A DNA stretch of 64,000 nt, taken from contig OX597826.1 in assembly GCA_951406725.2 (NCBI GenBank), positions 14,384,001-14,448,000 on the forward strand, read 5' to 3'. Position numbers and translations under genes: made by a program. Positions within the stretch are counted from its first letter, which is position 1. Each line of letters opens with the position of its first letter. The stretch comes from Octopus vulgaris (taxonomy: Eukaryota). Shown one piece after another: positions 1 to 12,926 of this stretch. The notes beneath the pieces are model-generated. The model was not told the origin of the DNA. It made no database searches and saw only the letters and a list, made by a program, of their open reading frames with translations.

Positions 1-160
1 TGGGAAGCATAAAGATTAAATCTGTAGTTGAAAAAAAGTTAGCTGACACAGAGGACTGGAATCCATCTGAAAATTGGGAAAAGTGTTACAGGTATGATGA
101 TTTGGGCGCTGGTAATTAAATTGTCGACTGTTGCACAATGTTTGGAGGACACTGTAAAAG

Positions 161-657
161 TTGCATGACATGAACAGCTGTAATGAGGAGTACGAAACTT
201 TAGCCGAAAAGAAAGTGATTGTTGTTGGGTTTGTCTACACTGAAGATCACATCATGCCGCTCCACGTTTTGAACAAGGACTTAGACTCAAGTGAAACGGC
301 TGAGTGGAGCTGCTGGAGACTGGTCAATTCCTGGCAGGAGGTGGTTGTTCCTGGAAGACCATATGTGGGACAGCAGGATTCATTTCCTTACCAAATCAGC
401 TCAAAGTATCAGAAGAGGTTACTGGAAAATGTTCACAACCTCATCAGCCCCAGTTGCTAGCCTCCTAATTCCCCTGATTGTAAACCCTTCGATTACTATA
501 TGTGTGACGTGCTTTACAAAGACACCAACTCCGGGCATGCTTCCAAGATCAAGGAAGTATTCAAAGATTTTATCAGTGGCACAGTGAAGAGCTCATGCGT
601 AGGTTCCTGGGACACATTGAGGCCGTAGAGGAAGCTAAGCTCGGCTACTTTGAGTAA
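161..657 (+). pseudogene. Tc1/mariner (DD37D/maT-like) transposase C-terminal remnant
   Basis: Reads GRPYVGQQDS...ISPSC*PPNSPDCKPFDYY...EAKLGYFE*, matching the mariner QQDSAP / WPPNSPDxNPxDY motifs; contains stops and frameshifts. Confidence 0.8.
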
Positions 658-850
658 ACTGTTATCTTCCAGCAGTAATGTAATCGATATTCATTGATTT
701 TTTAAAAATACATTTATCTTTTTATATATTATTGTTTATTCATTTCCTTTTATGTCAGCAATGAAATTTAGACAGAGCACCGTTATATAAATATATATAA
801 CAGTATATGAGTGTGAATATATAATGAATATATATATATATATATATAAA

Positions 851-1211
851 TTAACAATTAAAAATGAGGGTGTCTAAAAGACACCAACATGCCGAAATAG
901 CAGTCGAAACTCTGACTATAAAACCACGTTAAATGTTCATATCGCACCATGAGGTAAAGCGGAGGGACAAAACATACAAGCAAAAATTATTGAATTTATG
1001 TACCCTTGATATATTCAATTGATGACGGTAAAGCTTATTTAAAGCAGAACCAGAAATCCTTGGATCTTGAATTATTCAATAATTTTTGCTTGTATGTTTT
1101 GTCCCTCCGCTTTACCTCATGGTGCGATATGAACATGGTTTTATAGTCAGAGTTTCGACTGCTATTTCGGCATGTTGGTGTCTTTTAGACACCCTCATTT
1201 TTAATTGTTAA
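851..1211. mobile_element. Fold-back short PLE-type element (inverted arms around a hammerhead motif)
   Basis: Arms 851-995 and 1074-1211 are reverse complements apart from a 7-bp indel; (TA)n on the left; spacer holds a hammerhead-like core. Confidence 0.75.
1013..1072 (+). ncRNA. Type I hammerhead ribozyme-like motif (C3->U variant)
   Basis: ATTCAA-TTGATGA-CGGT...ACC-A-GAAA-TCC TT GGA-TC^TTGAAT: 6-bp stem I, stem III and AUC cleavage triplet. Confidence 0.65.
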
Positions 1212-1298
1212 AATTTTTTTACCTCTGTAAGGTATTTCTTTCATGCTGGCCACTTGATAATTTCGACACTTAAATATCGATATTATCCTCATATATAA

Positions 1299-1356
<58 letters not shown>

Positions 1357-1367
1357 TCTACTATAGA

Positions 1368-1566
1368 CACAAGGCCCGAAATTTTTATGGAGGGGGCCAG
1401 TTGATTAAATCGACCCAGTACGTAACTGGTACTTAATTTATCGACCCGAAAGGATAAAAAGCAAAGTCGACCTCGGCCGGAATTTGAACTTAGAACGTAA
1501 AGTAGGACGAAATACCGCGAAGCATTTCGATCGCCCGACATGCAACCGTTTCTGCTAGCTCGCCTT
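1368..1566 (-). mobile_element. tRNA-derived SINE family A
   Basis: Reverse complement of aggcgagctagcagaa...gttctaagttcaaattcc...gtcgactttgc...gggtcgataaattaagtaccag; many homologous copies in the window. Confidence 0.85.
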
Positions 1567-1598
1567 ACTTATATTTATAATTATATATATAATTATAA

Positions 1599-1700
<102 letters not shown>

Positions 1701-1878
1701 TTATAACAATAAGGGTTTTTGCATCAAGTTGCTTAACCACATACCGAAAATTTTTGAAATAGCAGCCAGAGGACTACTATTTCCTTTTACTACAAAAATA
1801 TGTCTCCACAGACAACAATATTTGTAACTTACATACGGCAAAACAAGAAGAAAAATAATGAAATCAGTCTTCGGTTAA

Positions 1879-1935
1879 TTATGGACGCACGTTTCTGGAT
1901 TAGAATCATAAGACTCATTTCCTTCATCGACATAA
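1879..1935 (-). ncRNA. Degenerate type I hammerhead motif in a PLE-type terminal repeat
   Basis: Minus strand TTATG-TCGATGA-AGGA...TCC-A-GAAA-CGTGCG-TC^CATAA; perfect 5-bp stem I; tail runs into the (TA)n tract at ~1605-1698. Confidence 0.6.
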
Positions 1936-2938
1936 TATTCCTATAAATCTAGAAAAGCTACGAAAACTTACCTCGTATATTTCCGATCAAGCGACATCGG
2001 AACATATAAAAGCTAATCAGCATATCCACATTTATATAGACAAGTGAATTCGTATTTCCCTCCAGAATTTTTACCACGTGAGTCACAAAATAGTACTGCC
2101 GAAAAAAGATTCGTAGTTTTGTCGTAGGGGAGTAAAATAATCATTACAAACTACGAATATCTCACCCTATATCTGTAATGTATATATATACATATAAAAT
2201 TATAATTATAAATAAGGCGAGCTAGCAGAAACGTTACATACATACATACATACTTGTAAATCAAACCAAGGAATAAAGCATTTCCTTCAAAGGGATGGAA
2301 AACACCCAATTTTCACTAGTACGTCAGGTGAATACCACAGCTAAAATGGTATATTTACAATATTAAAGGAAATAGACGAATACAATTGACATGTTAAAAT
2401 ATATTTACATTCTAATATAAAAAGAGATAATATAACAAATAATTAAAACAAATATAAATCCAATTATTTGTTTCGACTTAGTGAATTTATAAAAACTCAC
2501 ATTTATGCCTCTGAGTCGAAACAAGTTGTTCGATGCATATTTTTTTAATCCTTTTTCATATTACATTCTATCATTTTATAGTATATAATTATTTAATCCT
2601 TTTTCATATTACATTATATCATTTTATAGTATCATTATATTATATAATAATGTCAATTGTATGTCTGTATTTCATTTAATATTTACGCACAGACACACAC
2701 ACACACATGTCTATATACATTTAGTAAGTTATACTTATGTTAGCGATCCAACATTCAATCTGTGCATTTGAATATAAGTTTACAATAATATATGTGTATT
2801 AGTGTTAAAGCAGTATAATTTAATATTATGACAATCAGTTCTACATTATACCACTCAGATAATGTGAATACATACATACATACATAAATACATTGGTATG
2901 TATTTATGTATTTATATATGTATATATTTATATATATC

Positions 2939-3147
2939 TTTTACTCTCTCTTTACTCTTTTACTTGTTTCAGTCATTTGACTGCGGCCATGCTGGAGCAC
3001 CGCCTTTAGTCGAGTAAATCGACCCCAGCACTAATTCTTTGTAAGTCTAGTACTTATTCTATCGGTCTCTTTTGCCAAACCACTAAGTTACGGGGACATG
3101 AACACACCAGCATCGGTTGTCAAGCGATGTTGGGGGGACATTCACAG

Positions 3148-3184
<37 letters not shown>

Positions 3185-3277
3185 CATATACACGACATGC
3201 TTCTTTCAGTTTCCGTCTACCAAATCCACTCACAAGGCTTTGGTCGTCCCGAGGCTATAGTAGAAGACACTTGCCCA
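2939..3277 (-). mobile_element. tRNA-derived SINE family C (CORE-like), 5' truncated
   Basis: Homologous to full copies at 56972-57318 and 61001-61399; internal (CA)n tract. Confidence 0.85.
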
Positions 3278-3279
3278 TG

Positions 3280-3578
3280 AAACAAAGTGAATATTGCATG
3301 TGATGCTTTTAATCTACCAACCTCCAGGAGTTCGAATGGCAGTCCACATCGGTCTTTCGGTCTACTAGTTGTTATCGGTTTGAGCACAATTTTCACCTCA
3401 TCATAAGATGGTTATGTAACCACTGGGAATTTTTTATTATCTCATTGAAGAAGAATCTCTTTAACATTATCACTGACGTCTGATTTATTCTCAAATAAAT
3501 GATCGAAGTGTTCTTGCCAGTGCTGCCGGATTACCTCCATATCTTTGCTGATAGTAGTGTTGTTCATGGACTTCAGGC
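3280..3578 (-). pseudogene. RTE-like LINE ORF fragment (linker upstream of RT)
   Basis: Minus strand reads ...EVIRQHWQEHFDHLFEN...PSYDEVKIVLK...KDRCGLPFELL, resembling the RWxEHFxxLLN...KAPGxDGIPxE region. Confidence 0.6.
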
Positions 3579-3589
3579 GAACTACAAGA

Positions 3590-3960
3590 AAGTGTAGAAA
3601 GACTGCATTAAAGGCGACCTAAAAGAAATCCATGTAAATAAGTACGAAGAACTAACTTTGGACAGATCTGAGTCAAGGAAGTGTATAAGAGAAGCTTTTG
3701 TTGAGGGTCGCCTTGAGTATGGAGACTTAAAACGCAGATATCGAGTAGGGATGTTTCAACCGCAATGAGTACATAAATAGTTCAAAGTGCGAAACATCTG
3801 ACCATGTATTACTGTCCAAGGCTGGATATGTCAACTATTTGAAGTCTCATGAAAGCACAACTGTATACAACGTTCTTGCTACTTGACCGGGTTCGACGTA
3901 TTTAGTGTGTGAAAGAGGGTGCAACTCGATTTCGGCCCAGAAGAAGCACGGATGTTCACA
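3590..3960 (+). pseudogene. RTE-like LINE C-terminal fragment with C2H2-like finger
   Basis: KDCIKGDLK...EELTLDRSESRKCIRE...FKCETSDHVLLSKAGYVNYLKSH after a frameshift. Confidence 0.55.
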
Positions 3961-4151
3961 GTAGCCATTACTCATAAAATGAGCAGATTGATACAGTGCA
4001 AGTTACAACAGTCATCTTTACACCTTTGCTTCAAACTATGCAGATCTGCACTTGAATAGAATAGTCGCTTGAGTGATCAAAGACATTTTATTTTAAATGC
4101 CATTGACAAAGGGGAAATTTAGAGCGATGAAGTAAATATATATATATATAT

Positions 4152-4416
4152 ATTGGTAAAAACGCTAAGATAACAAAAGAAAGAAAGAGACCTCAATATT
4201 ATGTAAATAGAGGAAATTCATCTGTAAAATAATATGCGACAATTATTCAATAGCCAAGTTAAAACTCTGAGTTTCGGTTGCCGAGGTGGAAATCCACAAC
4301 ACCATCTCTTCGGTTATCTGGCCTGATAACCGAAGAGATGGTGTTGTGGATTTCCACCTCGGCATCCGAAACTCAGAGTTTTAACTTGGGTATTGAATAA
4401 TTGTCACATATTATTT
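4152..4416. mobile_element. Head-to-head fold-back of a hammerhead-containing short element
   Basis: Arms 4227-4318 and 4325-4416 nearly perfect with 6-nt loop TGGCCT; both arms carry GATAA-CCGAAGA-stem II-GAAACTCAGAGTT; homologous to 15349-15520. Confidence 0.8.
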
Positions 4417-4417
4417 G

Positions 4418-4479
<62 letters not shown>

Positions 4480-4502
4480 TTATAAGAATGCATATTAGTA
4501 TG

Positions 4503-4574
<72 letters not shown>

Positions 4575-4959
4575 ATACATACATATATACAAACATTCTC
4601 TATCCAGATTACGAGTTCAAGTTTACACCTGTAATTACTGTGGTACCGAATATGTATCACATTGCCTAAATAGCGATCTTGGGAAATTAGACTTCTGAAA
4701 ACTAGAAAGGAGAAAGCTAATTCGAAGACTACAGATCCAAGCTGTCAGGAGATAGTAGAGATCTGTGAAACTTTCCAGAAGTTAATTATTTAAGTTTACA
4801 TGAGCATGACTAGACATGCAACTATATGCATAAGAATATATACATAAACAAAACTTGTAAATATGCACATATACATACACACATGCAAAAATACCCTGTT
4901 GATGTTGAAATTCTAAAGATGGAGACATGGATCTAGGTTCGAAACCGGCTCTTTCCCTG

Positions 4960-5200
4960 AAGAATGCGTTCACGAATACTACACTGGTTCAAACTTCGGT
5001 GAACCATTCGAACGGATGTATTTTCCACTAACAGACGGCACTTCTTGGGCCAAAGATGAAGTGACACGACGCTTGCCGTCCATCATGCAACGTTGAATGT
5101 GGCGAATGTCACACAGTTAAAATAGAAGGACAACCTGGACGATGTTTATTATTTGGCCGTCCTGTAGCTTTGTACTTCTGAATTACTTTGGCTAATATGT
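4960..5200 (-). pseudogene. Tc1-like transposase N-terminal (HTH/GRP) fragment
   Basis: Minus strand LAKVIQKYKATGRPNNKHRPGCPSILT..DIRHIQR...SVRMVHRSL. Confidence 0.55.
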
Positions 5201-5310
5201 ATTAGTTTGCTAATTAACTTGTATCCTAATACACTCATTAAAAATAATTTTCTTCAAATCTTCAGATGATTCTTGTTCTTTTGGTGCCGTTTTAATCACA
5301 ATAAAGATTC

Positions 5311-5381
5311 TCACCACGGTACACAAATCAAAATTCCTGCAAATGCAATAACAATGACCGGTGAAAAATACGTGGAGAAAT
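5311..5381 (-). CDS. Candidate terminal exon encoding a hydrophobic C-terminus (GPI-signal/TM-like)
   Basis: Polypyrimidine acceptor ttttcatatactgtag|, phase 1, then FSTYFSPVIVIAFAGILICVPW*. Confidence 0.35.
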
Positions 5382-7491
5382 CTACAGTATATGAAAAACA
5401 AACTTGAATCATGCTTGCAAGCAATGTTGCACATCCAAACTGGCACATAATGAGAAAATACTACGAATTAAGAGCCCCCTAAAAGGTGAATGCAAACAGA
5501 ATAAAACAAGTTTCGCGTACATCGGACAAGTGGTTCTTGAAGTATCGGGTGTTTTGGGGGTATTAGTACCCAAAACGGTGCATAATGGGAAAATACTCCA
5601 AAAATAATTTAACCCTGAAAGGAAAAAAATCTAACGTTTCGATTAGGATGAGCAAAAGTATTAGTGGCTTGCCAACGAAAGATACGAGTTGTTCTTACAG
5701 TAAATGTTTCTATTTCCGCTTTTAAGAATTTAAAAATATTTTAAAGTCAGTGTGATTTCAAAAATGTGAGTTGTTTGTACAGAAGGCATTTATCTTTTAG
5801 CTTTCTTTAAACAAACAATATTTTAATCTTTTTAAACATTATTTTCAAGTGAATAATATTACAAAAACTTTTTGTCATATTTACAAAATATTTTAAACCG
5901 ACGAATAAATGGGAAAAATGCTATTAATGTAAGGTAACATTGAAATGTGAATACACACGGAATAACAAAACTTTCGCGTAAATCGGACCACAGATTCTTG
6001 AGATAAGCGGTTTTTTCGGGTACCTTGAACCGTTGGTCTCCTAACGGGTCACGCGTAGCTAGTAATTCATTAGAATTGAAATTATTAGCAATATCTGAAT
6101 TGTGTAAAAAAAAGTGGATAAAGTATTGACTATAGCAAATTTCCTTTAGGGTGTACATATTTTTGTAACGTTTGTAAATTAATATTTCATTCATACACAG
6201 AGAGAGAGAGAGAGAGAAAGAAAGAAAGAGAAATAAAGAGATAGATATATATAGAGAGAGAAAGTGGGAGAGAGAGAGAAAAATACATTTGGCTGATATC
6301 GAGTGAATAATATGATTGGCCATTATCTGTTAAAAGCTGAATACCGAATATTACTTTTTAGTCATGTTGACCCGCATCTCTTTCTAGTCTTGGATAAATG
6401 TCTTGCAGAAATAAAGACTTTTGCATTGTATAGACCACCTTCATAAAATGATGACGATTATTATATGATTGGCAGGCTTGTGTGTTCAATTTTCTTTTCA
6501 GGTGGCAAAGATTTATCATTATAGCTTGCTTTTACTCATGTATTCTCCAGTGGTTAGAACGTTCACACTTAAAGCAATTATTATCTACGTTTCTCGTTTC
6601 TGCTTTTTGTGTGTAATTTGATTCTTTTGAAAATGAGACGTGTGTTCATCACATCGTGGTTGACTGGTTCACTGGTTCAGAGAGCGTTGACAGAGGAAAC
6701 ATATAACGAGATCGAAACAGTACAGTGTCTCGAAGTTTCTTTTGACGGTGAATCGGTATTGTGAACAGATGTCACCTAAAGAGAGGAGACGTTCTCCTGT
6801 TACGAGCAAAAACAGTGGTTCGAATCTGCCATAACGAATTTAAAATGAATAGAAGCATTATAGTTTAGAAACTCGCTCTCCTGCATGCACTTATGACTTG
6901 TATAAATAACGTTGAGGCCAAAGTGACAATTGAAATTTTTCAGTATACTGCCATTTTAGAATGAAGCTTTTGTAGTTGAATAAATAATCCTCAGAGCAAT
7001 CTTATAAAACGAATGAAAATAACTATAGTGAAACATGCCAAAAAAATTGAGGAGAGTTGTATCGCCCTAATTTAAAGCACATCAGTCACATATAACTCTC
7101 AGCTACAATAACGACCACACTTGATCTGTTAAAGTATTTGAGTAAAATAATATTAATGTGTAAAGTATAGAAGCCATCTTATCATGGCTAACCACATTGG
7201 GGAGGAGGTGTTACTGTAGCTTTATAGCCCCAAGAGATCATCGTCTCTGCAGCTGGCTTTAGACACAATATCAGTGCCCTTGGAGTATTTGCAAAGGGAG
7301 GCCATCCCTTCCTCGCAAGCCTGAGTGGAGATTTAAATATTAACGTGTCCGACCGATTAAAATTCTATTTATTTGTGCGGCTGTTGATAGCCCAACATTT
7401 AAATTGATGGAATGATTGCATTGCTCAATTAAATGTGGCCGCTTGAAACGGTCGTATTGCATCACTTCTTGATATCCTGTAGCATATTATG

Positions 7492-7573
<82 letters not shown>

Positions 7574-7583
7574 CATACATACA

Positions 7584-8444
7584 CAAGATGCGGTGAATAA
7601 ATTGTCGTCTAAATTTCGCATAAATGAAAATAACCCTGACATCTTATTTTAACAGGTATGTTTACCAAAACTACATAAAAATATCTTGAATTACTAAAGA
7701 GTAAATTTATTCAATAAAATCACCACTGGTTTCAATCACGGCCTGCAGACGACTTCGTAATCTCCTGAAACTCTTCTGGACGGTCTCCTTTCTTAAGCTG
7801 CTGAATGCTGCCATAGTCCTTGACTTCAGTTCATCTTTGGTGTTACAAAGAGTTTTGTTGCTCTCTCGCTGAACTGCGCCCGACACATAATTATTAAAGG
7901 CTTTGCAGTCTGGAGAGTTAGGTATCCAAATGTTACAGGTGATGTGGTGGCAGAAATCGTCTGACATCCCTGACTGGCTCCTCCTGCTTGTGTGGAATGG
8001 TGCAGAGTCCTGTTGCCAGGCGTGGGATCTTACAGCAGCCATCTTCTTGACCCAGAGCAGCACTACCTCTTCCAGTAATTGATGTAGGCCTCCGTGTTGA
8101 GTCTGAGGCTGTGTGGGAAGATGAATGGGGGCACATTATCATCACTAAGTGATCCCTCCAAATACCATAATGTTGACTAGATGTTTGGTTTTAATAACTC
8201 TCGGTATACGCTTTGGGGACACGGCAATCCAATGTTTGTTCTGTGTGTTCACCATCTGTTCGTGCTGGGGCTTCTGGCGCGATTGCCAAGCAGTACAGAA
8301 TGCTGTTTCCAAATTTCTGGCAGAGTTAATTGCGTGGTGATGCTCAAGTGACCCTACTATACTTTATAATCGACAAAATCAAAAGTAATGCCAACGTGCG
8401 AAACTAAGAATAGAGAGTGGCGGCAATTTACCCGTCGTACCTTG
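7584..8444 (-). mobile_element. Internally deleted mariner (DD37D-like) element
   Basis: Imperfect TIRs caagatgcggtgaataaattgtcg / cggcaatttacccgtcgtaccttg; ORF 7707-8063 WQQDSAPFH...WIPNSPDC...GDFIE. Confidence 0.85.
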
Positions 8445-8486
<42 letters not shown>

Positions 8487-8489
<3 letters not shown>

Positions 8490-9037
8490 GGTCAGGCAAA
8501 AGGATCTGACACATTTGTAGGTTAAATAAAAGGCATTGTTTTTCGTTTCTTTTTCAGTTGCTGCCATGAATTGGACTGGTGAGCATCGCGCTTTCATTGT
8601 GGAAACGTTTATCAAAACAAACGATTCTGTAACTGCAACACAAAGAGCGTTCCGTTTGCACTTCAATCTTGGTAGACATGATCCCGTACCAGCTCGAAAC
8701 ACGATCTTGTTATGGCTTACCAACTTCCGAGCTACTGGATCTGCATTGAAACGAAAATCAACCGGCCGACCTCACACCGCCAGAACCTAAAGATGCAATT
8801 CGTCAAGAAATTACTGCCATTCGACATGAAATGACCCGCCGAGTTATTGACAACTTTCGTGAACGCCTTCGACAGTGTGTGGACAATAATCGATCCCATA
8901 TGACTGATTTAATTTTTAAAACATAATGAAACAAAATGGCATTATATGTACTTTTCAAAAATAAAAACACTTGTTTCTTTACTTCATTTGCCTTTTATTT
9001 AACCTACAAATGTGTCAGATCATTTTGCCTGACCCTG
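8487..9037 (+). mobile_element. Internally deleted Tc1/mariner (rosa/DD41D-like) element in (TA)n
   Basis: ~49-bp near-perfect TIRs cagggtcaggcaaaaggatctgacacatttgtagg; TA flanks; N-terminal HTH MNWTGEHRAFIVETF...GRP joined to C-terminus ...NFRERLRQCVDNNRSHMTDLIFKT*. Confidence 0.85.
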
Positions 9038-9075
9038 TATATATATATCTATCTATCTCTCTCTCTCTCTCTCTA

Positions 9076-9138
<63 letters not shown>

Positions 9139-9319
9139 TCCAAAATCACAAGAAAATGGAGATTCATGATTGACATATTTTAAATATAACTTATTAACAT
9201 AATACTTTATTACCATAGATATGATATAATATAATATGAATAGAAATACAAATATTAAAGTTACAAATTATTTCGATTCATACCCAATAATGAATATATA
9301 AAAAATTCATATTTATGGG

Positions 9320-9396
<77 letters not shown>

Positions 9397-10108
9397 GGGT
9401 AGGTGAGTGTTTGTATGTCTGTATCTGTTGAACAAGTTTCTGATCGTCTCGTCACTTATGTAAAAGATAACTATGATATAGTTATGAAGTTCGCAGTTTT
9501 ATTTGTAGTATTTGAAATGAAACTAGCATATGTGTTTGCGGTAGAGGTTATCCTTAGCACCTGCAGAGATTTTATCGCCCGATTTTTAAAATTAATTGTT
9601 AGATATACCTGTAGGAGTCATGACTTCGCCTAATAATTGGCCGCGTTGTTTGTGGCGTTAATGCACTCGATACAAATCTTGTTTAATTGTTTGAAATTCT
9701 ATATAGCATGGATGTAATGTCCATTAGAGTTAACCTGTCTTGTTTTGTCTTGTGCAGGGGGGAAAAGTAACAAAATATATATGGAACTGATGATGCATAA
9801 ATATAAAGGTCGTATTTCAAATACCATCCTAAAAGTGGACACATATCTGAGTCACCTGGTATATGACAGTGAAAAAGCACTTACCGTCTTGAGATGTAGA
9901 CGAATACAGAAAGATTATACTTGTAGAAGATATACGGAAGACTTCGAGGAAGGATAAAAAATACCCAGAGCCAATGAAATTCCAACAGTTGTGTATTAAA
10001 TGCATAACACATTCACATCCCCGAGCGCGTGCACGCAGACACACAATCGCACATACACACACTCACGAGCACACATACACACATATATTATAGAAATATA
10101 TCAGCTTA

Positions 10109-10153
<45 letters not shown>

Positions 10154-10277
10154 GCATACAAACATGTATATATTTGCATATACACATACACACTTACATA
10201 TATATATATACATACACACACACATATATGTGTGTGTGTATGTATGCATACTTATTACTTCTCTCTCTCTCTTTCTC

Positions 10278-10351
<74 letters not shown>

Positions 10352-10352
<1 letters not shown>

Positions 10353-11395
10353 GGAAAATTATAGTTGAAAATGTGCTGAGAAAAGTTAAAACATTTCTGA
10401 TTATTATATTTATAGTTTTAACCAGTTTCACAACTTACATTGAAATAGACAGGCGTGGCTCATGTCGCGGTTGTCTTTCCTCTGACTAGTGTTTGGAGCT
10501 TGGCCTATTTTAATTGGGAGATCATGGCTCAAATTAGCATGTTTTGAATAGGATTTGATTGGTAGAGGTTAGTCACATGACTGGTCTGTGTGTTAGTATC
10601 AAGTGACAATGTTTGTTTGGTACTGCCGGTAGAACTGTTCAGTCAACCATATCAGCCTTAAAATTTTTTAACACCAGTGTTGTGACTATCCTCTGGTAAT
10701 AAAATCCTATTTAAAACATATTGTAAGTTCCATAGTCTTTTCAAATGGCTAATAATGTGTGCGCATACCACTACTACACACATTGGAAAGCATTGTACAA
10801 CCAAGTACTAAAGAAGATCTTTCCTCCTCCATGAAACAAAGCTGTTCCCGCTGGACATCAACCCAGTATTTCTAAACTACGGACCGAGGGATTTATTGTA
10901 AGGTTATCTCCCTAGACAGATTGCCTTCACTACGGCTAAGGAGCCCTTTCTACCCCACTGACAGCGGTTGTACTGGTTTACACTTTACCAGTAGCAGGAT
11001 CTGATGCTGCATACATCGGACCTGACATGATACCGGAGGGCGCACACTCTCCTACCCTGATGTAATCTCCAGGGATACAGGCATCCGGCAACAGGACCTC
11101 CGTAATGCTTTGATGGACCGTGAAGTCTGGCGTAACATAGTAAATTCCATTGTCTCGACCACGGTCGAACAATGATGATGATAAAACATATACTAATTTG
11201 AGCCATGAACTCCTTGTAAATATAGTGCAAACTTCAAACACTGGTCGGAAACAAGAGAGCTGTGACATAAGCCACGTCTTTCTATTTGAACTTTTTGAAA
11301 ATCAGTGTAGACAGGGAAACCGGTAAAAGCTTTAAAGGTGATAATAAAAAAATATTTCAAATATACTCAGTGTATTATAAACTTCTAATTTTCCC
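10352..11395. mobile_element. Old non-autonomous DNA transposon with ~150-bp imperfect TIRs
   Basis: ta|gggaaaattatagttg...ctgag versus ctcag...aacttctaattttccc|ta; internal inverted match 10440-10500 / 11230-11290. Confidence 0.55.
10885..11182 (+). mobile_element. RTE/RTE-X LINE 3' end with (TGA)n tail, nested in the TIR element
   Basis: GRTLSYPDVISRDTGIRQQDLRNALMDREVWRNIVNSIVSTTVEQ* followed by tgatgatgat; an inverted RTE 5'UTR-like piece lies at 10885-10960. Confidence 0.65.
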
Positions 11396-11480
11396 TATAT
11401 TTCTACTCGTGTGGAACAGAATAACTATGTTTTGTGTGTGTGTGTGTGTGTGAGTGCGTGTGTGTGTGTATGTATGTATA

Positions 11481-11543
<63 letters not shown>

Positions 11544-11545
11544 AC

Positions 11546-11617
<72 letters not shown>

Positions 11618-11621
11618 ATAT

Positions 11622-11670
<49 letters not shown>

Positions 11671-12207
11671 TATGCTTCATATATATATTCATACATATGA
11701 AGAATGATAGCAATCGAGATATATGATGACAGTGCCTTTGCATAAGAACGAAATACAAGTCAATTCTAATCATGTTCATATAAAATTGTACAAATTATGT
11801 GAATAATATTATGTATGTATGTGAATGTCCTCACATACTTATGCCTCTGTGTGTATATGAGATCGCATGCATGCAGGCATACATGAACAGATATATGTAT
11901 AATCATATGGATATACATATACGTACATGTATATGTATATATATACACTCACTCGTATAGAAGATGATCCAAAATATGTTTATATGCCTGTTTATATGTA
12001 TGTGGGTGTGTCGTGGAAAACTAACAAATACAAGAAACAAGTAATGCTATGTACATCTAAAAGGTACAGATGAAAAACATATGAAAGCAAAAGTAGTTTC
12101 TGTTAAGAATTTCGCTTGGCAACCATGTTATTCTCTAATCGCAGATTCTGGGAAATTATTTGCCATGAACAATAATATCATTATCAAAATACTACCTTTG
12201 GAGTGGA

Positions 12208-12564
12208 GGCGCAATGGCCCAGTGGTTAGGGCAGCGGACTCGCGGTCATAGGATTGTGAGTGTTTGTTGAGCGAAAACGCCTAAAAAGCTCCACGAGGCT
12301 CCGGCAGGGGATGGTGGTGATCCCTGCTGTACTCTTTCACCACAACTTTCTCTCACTCTTACTTCCTGTTTCTGTTGTACCTGTATTTCAAGGGGCCGGC
12401 CTTGTCACTCTCTGTGTCACGCTGAATATCCCCGAGAACTACGTTAAGGGTACACGTGTCTGTGGAGTGCTCAGCCACTTACACGTTAATTTCACGAGCA
12501 GGCTGTTCCGTTGATTCGGATTAACCGGAACCCTCATCGTCGTAACCGACGGAGTGCTTCCACC
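12208..12564 (+). mobile_element. tRNA-derived SINE family D (Nin/Deu-domain-like)
   Basis: A-box tggcccagtggttagg; 17-bp TSD actacctttggagtgga at 12191-12207 and 12565-12581; domain assignment from memory. Confidence 0.85.
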
Positions 12565-12926
12565 ACTACCTTTGGAGTGGAACTTGGGCAACACTAATAG
12601 AACAGGGACACATTTCATGTTCGTGTCCTCATAAATGTACGCTAATATATATATACATATATCATGCATATACAGATGCGTCATGTGACCATACACACAT
12701 AGAAATATTCATACATATATACGTTCATGCGTGTGTAGCTGTATATAATCTAGTTCAGAATATAACTGGAAATTTAGTTTACATTTTTATCACAACCTCG
12801 GAAATTACATAATAGTTACCCGTGTTTCAATTCCGAGTGCTAGTAGGTTATGCAGTAATCCTTACGTAGACATTGAGAAACTAGATCTTCAGAAGAAAGT
12901 ATTTTAATCTATTAGTATTTACCAAC

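Noticed and set aside
5500-6064. Two related segments ending in gtagctagt, possibly Helitron 3' ends
   Set aside because: No clear terminal hairpin or 5' end; cannot be supported
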